Positions 62,487-64,000 of a DNA stretch of 64,000 nt are shown here, piece by piece. Numbering within the stretch: the first letter of the stretch is position 1; the number at the start of each line of letters is the position of its first letter. The position numbers and the translations under genes were made by a program. The notes beneath the pieces were generated by a model. That model was not told the DNA's origin. It saw only the letters and a list, made by a program, of their open reading frames with translations, and did not search any database. The stretch lies in the NCBI GenBank assembly GCA_950097015.1, contig CATNEN010000034.1, positions 5,022,001 to 5,086,000 of the forward strand, in the 5' to 3' direction. Source of the stretch: Macrostomum hystrix. Lineage: Eukaryota > Animalia > Platyhelminthes.

Positions 62487-64000
62487 ATGAGATGGAGAGA
62501 GAGAGAGTAGAATGAGATGGAGAGAGAGAGGGTAGAATGAGATTGAGAGAGAGAGTAGACTGAGATTGAGAGAGAGAGAGTAGAATGAGATTGAGAGAGA
62601 GAGTAGAATGAGATTGAGAGAGAGAGTAGACTGAGATTGAGAGAGAGAGTAGAATGAGATTGAGAGAGAGAGAGTAGAATGAGATTGAGAGAGAGAGTAG
62701 AATGAGATTGAGAGAGAGAGTAGAATGAGATTGAGAGAGAGAGTAGAATGAGATTGAGAGAGAGAGTAGAATGAGATTGAGAGAGAGAGTAGAATGAGAT
62801 TGAGAGAGAGTAGACTGAGATTGAGAGAGAGAGAGTCGACTGAGATTGAGAGAGAGAGAGTAGAATGAGATTGAGAGAGAGAGTAGACTGAGATTAAGAG
62901 AGAGAGAGTAGAATGAGATTGAGAGAGAGAGAGAGAGTAGACTGAGATTGAGAGAGAGAGAGAATAGAATTAGATTGAGAGAGAGAGTAGTATGAGATTG
63001 AGAGAGAGAGTAGACTGAGATTGAGAGAGAGAGAGTAGAATGAGATTGAGAGAGAGAGAGTAGAATGAGATTGAGAGAGAGAGTAGAATGAGATTGAGAG
63101 AGAGAGTAGAATGAGATTGAGAGAGAGAGTAGACTGAGATTGAGAGAGAGAGAGTAGAATGAGATTGAGAGAGAGAGAGAGAGTAGACTGAGATTGAGAG
63201 AGAGAGAGAATAGAATTAGATTGAGAGAGAGAGTAGAATGAGATTGAGAGAGAGAGAGAGAGTAGACTGAGATTGAGAGAGAGAGAGAATAGAATTAGAT
63301 TGAGAGAGAGAGTAGTATGAGATTGAGAGAGAGAGTAGACTGAGATTGAGAGAGAGAGAGTAGAATGAGATTGAGAGAGAGAGAGAGTAGAATGAGATTG
63401 AGAGAGAGAGTAGAATGAGATTGAGAGAGAGAGTAGAATGAGATTGAGAGAGAGAGTAGACTGAGATTGAGAGAGAGAGAGTAGAATGAGATTGAGAGAG
63501 AGAGAGAGTAGACTGAGATTGAGAGAGAGAGAGAATAGAATTAGATTGAGAGAGAGAGTAGAATGAGATTGAGAGAGAGAGTAGACTGAGATTGAGAGAG
63601 AGAGAGAGTAGAATGAGATTGAGAGAGAGAGAGTAGAATGAGATTGAGAGAGAGAGTAGAATGAGATTGAGAGAGAGAGAGTAGAATGAGATTGAGAGAG
63701 AGAGTAGAATGAGATTGAGAGAGAGAGTAGAATGAGATTGAGAGAGAGAGTAGACTGAGATTGAGAGAGAGAGAGTAGACTGAGATTGAGAGAGAGAGAG
63801 TAGAATGAGATTGAGAGAGAGAGAGAGAGAGAGAGAGTAGACTGAGATTGAGAGAGAGAGTATACTGACATGGTGAGAGAGTAGACTGACATGGAGAGAG
63901 AGTAGACTGACATGGAGAGAGAGTAGACTGACATGGTGAGAGAGTAGACTGACATGGTGAGATAGTAGACTGACATGGAGAGAGAGTAGACTGAGATCGA
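61128..64000. repeat. (GA)n-based composite minisatellite GTAG(AA/AC)TGAGATT(GA)n; runs off the window end
   Basis: Direct reading. Confidence 0.97.

Overview
Eukaryotic (metazoan) genomic DNA, with no prokaryotic features, CRISPR, rRNA or stand-alone tRNA seen. GC-rich coding exons with GT-AG introns lie among about 27 mini- and microsatellite arrays covering roughly 27 kb (~40% of the window by my approximate boundaries). An EF-hand plus dynein-light-chain (TAL-type) gene points to a flatworm. GC-rich codons, minisatellite-filled introns and splice acceptors just upstream of start codons resemble Macrostomum; this is inference. Hand-built gene models with consistent splice phases: a CHTOP-like gene (-), an intronless orexin/NPFF-clade GPCR (-), the TAL-type gene (+), RABEPK (-), a 117-aa orphan just upstream of it (-), SDE2 (+), UBE3B (+) and an MTPAP-like gene (+). 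Mobile DNA: a tRNA-derived SINE with a 14-bp TSD, a MITE with 63-bp TIRs and a 9-bp TSD, and three copies of a second MITE family. The strongest leads are three. The MTPAP-like protein lacks its catalytic aspartates. It also has no genomic ATG for its mitochondrial presequence, so it may start from the flatworm spliced-leader AUG. A repeat unit supplies a coding 3' splice site in RABEPK. Family assignments come from motifs recalled from memory, not from searches. Most long ORFs in the supplied track are artefacts of stop-free repeats, and repeat boundaries are approximate.
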